A DNA stretch of 64,000 bases from Anaerolineae bacterium (lineage in GTDB: Bacteria > Chloroflexota > Anaerolineae > CAZYHC01): positions 4,996-68,995 of the forward strand of contig DAOULT010000051.1 in NCBI GenBank assembly GCA_034417895.1, written 5' to 3'. Below, piece after piece: positions 63,023 to 64,000 of this stretch. The notes under the pieces were generated by a model. The model searched no databases. It was not told the DNA's origin and saw only the letters and a list, made by a program, of their open reading frames with translations. Position numbers and translations under genes: made by a program. Position 1 is the first letter of the stretch. Each line of letters starts with the position of its first letter.

Positions 63023-63167
63023 AGATGATTTGCCGCATTATCTCCACTGCTTCCAAGCGTTCATAAGGACTCTTGGAAAGCCAATATTCCTTCTCGTCCG
63101 ATTCGTCAAAAAGTGACGCTACGGCGAAAGCCGTTTTTTCCAACTTTAGAGAATCAACTGCATCCAT
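62955..63167 (-). CDS. Possible small partner ORF (~70 aa) overlapping the NTase start by 68 nt. Uncertain.
   Basis: ORF MDAVDSLKLEKTAFAVASLFDESDEKEYWLSKSPYERLEAVEIMRQIIYGYSP... Protein-like, but the long overlap makes one of the two starts doubtful. Confidence 0.25.
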   Translation of the reverse strand: MDAVDSLKLEKTAFAVASLFDESDEKEYWLSKSPYERLEAVEIMRQIIYGYSPSSTRLQRVLTVAQLTSG

Positions 63168-63401
63168 GTTTGCCCCTTCACAGAAGCAACTCAAGCTCGA
63201 CCTCTCTACCGGCCTACCTTCAGGGTGTCTTCAGATTCTACGCCATTATACCGCCATTTCCTCTTTTGCGCAATAAACACCAGCCTGCGCATCCTCTCCG
63301 TCATTCCCAGAGGCTCGATTTTTTGACGTTTCCGGCAGAAAAGGGTATAATGGGGTTCTGGATGACGCCAACATTCATTGCTCTGGAGAAAGGCAGAGGC
63401 T

Positions 63402-63707
63402 ATGTCCGAGGAAGCAGAGGAAAAAAGCGAGCTTCGTTGCCATCTTTCGGCTATCGTCCATGGCCGTGTCCAGGGGGTCAGCTTCCGCTACTTTACGGCG
63501 CGACGGGCCAGGGAACTGGGCCTGACGGGTTACGTCCGTAACAGGTGGGATAGGACGGTGGAGGTGGCGGCTGAAGGGGAGAGAACTGCTGTAGAGAAGC
63601 TGCTGGAATTCCTCAAAGCAGGACCGCCAGCGGCGCGGGTGATAAAGGTCGATACCCAATGGAGCACCTGCACTGGACGGTATAAACGCTTTGAGGTGCG
63701 TTACTGA
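63402..63707 (+). CDS. acyP: Acylphosphatase.
   Basis: VHGRVQGVSFRYFTARRARELGLTGYVRNRWDRTVEVAAEGERTAVEKLLEFLKAGPPAARV matches the acylphosphatase signature. The start is set at MSEEAEEK (63402) rather than the track start at 63378. Confidence 0.85.
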   Translation: MSEEAEEKSELRCHLSAIVHGRVQGVSFRYFTARRARELGLTGYVRNRWDRTVEVAAEGERTAVEKLLEFLKAGPPAARVIKVDTQWSTCTGRYKRFEVRY

Positions 63708-63711
63708 AAAG

Positions 63712-63739
63712 TTGACAAAATGCCAGGAAAGCATATAAT
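63712..63739 (+). promoter_or_regulatory. Sigma70-like promoter TTGACA-16-TATAAT upstream of the SCP2 gene. It overlaps a 6-bp-stem hairpin (gccagg...cctggc).
   Basis: TTGACA 63712..63717. TATAAT 63734..63739. Confidence 0.5.
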
Positions 63740-63804
63740 TCAAATGCCTGGCAACTTAGCCCCAGATCAAACTACAAATTTTCGCTGAAGGAAGGAAACA
63801 GAAG

Positions 63805-64000
63805 ATGAGTGAGATACCAGATACGGCCAAAGAGATTATGGAGGCCATGCCAGCTTCGTTCGATCCCCAGAAGGCCCCCGACCTGGAAGCCACGTTCCAG
63901 TTTGAGCTGTCCGGCGAGGGTGGAGGCACCTGGGTGATAGATATCGCCAACGACCATTGTGAGGTCAAAGAGGGGCCTGTCGATTCTCCCAACGTTACCA
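63805..64000 (+). CDS. SCP2 sterol-binding domain protein (partial, continues past the window end).
   Basis: MSEIPDTAKEIMEAMPASFDPQKAPDLEATFQFELSGEGGGTWVIDIANDHCEVKEGPVDSPNVT is the typical SCP-2 N-terminal pattern. ATG at 63805. Confidence 0.75.
   Translation, partial: MSEIPDTAKEIMEAMPASFDPQKAPDLEATFQFELSGEGGGTWVIDIANDHCEVKEGPVDSPNVT

Overview
High-GC (~60%) bacterial chromosomal segment. It looks Chloroflexi-like: monoderm-type secreted proteins, a class-E-like sortase, LysM, and many GT-C glycosyltransferases. Almost every gene is on the minus strand, so most long plus-strand ORFs in the track are antisense artefacts. From the left edge to about 41.5 kb the content is housekeeping and transport. 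It holds a partial DUF3782-like coiled-coil protein, cytosine deaminase, a Liv-type ABC transporter (livKHMGF order), and two carbohydrate ABC uptake operons (one with a LacI regulator). It also holds tungsten-type aldehyde:ferredoxin oxidoreductase preceded by an orphan DUF433 gene, a lipoprotein M1 zinc aminopeptidase, a secreted Pro/Thr-linker protein, a sortase, a BNR/Asp-box protein, PlsC, and a LysM protein. Next is a long co-directional run: mgtE -> fused double FtsX/MacB permease -> HlyD adaptor -> MacB-type ATPase -> GT39-like glycosyltransferase -> TsaA -> Fur-family regulator. After that come DUF350, two tandem paralogous Gly-linker secreted proteins next to tRNA-Val(UAC) with a duplicated tRNA 3' fragment, and a GAF+TPR protein. 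An AT-rich ~1 kb islet (41.5-42.5 kb) carries near-consensus sigma70 promoters and an orphan small gene. The main feature follows at 42.5-62.6 kb. It is a ~20 kb, tightly packed, translationally coupled array of eight paralogous polytopic GT-C-fold (PMT/ArnT GT39/GT83-like and DUF2079-like) membrane glycosyltransferases plus a small 4-TM protein. Each large protein ends in 1-3 copies (about 16 in total) of a conserved ~110-120 aa repeat domain that I cannot assign to a known family (core ..LLGYDL..G..L.LTLYWQA....DYTVFVHLLD..G....Q.D..P....PTS.W..GE...D.Y.L......P.G.Y.L.VGLY....G.RL.V......D.I.L..V.V). This is my best candidate for an undescribed envelope-glycan polymerisation / O-glycosylation system. 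Short palindromic repeat elements (core AATCYGTG and CACAAAG/CTTTGTG) sit in-frame inside cytoplasmic/periplasmic loops of several of these GT genes and at one gene 5' end. This recalls Rickettsia palindromic elements. The right edge has a nucleotidyltransferase, acylphosphatase and a partial SCP2 gene. I found no transposase, integrase or CRISPR.
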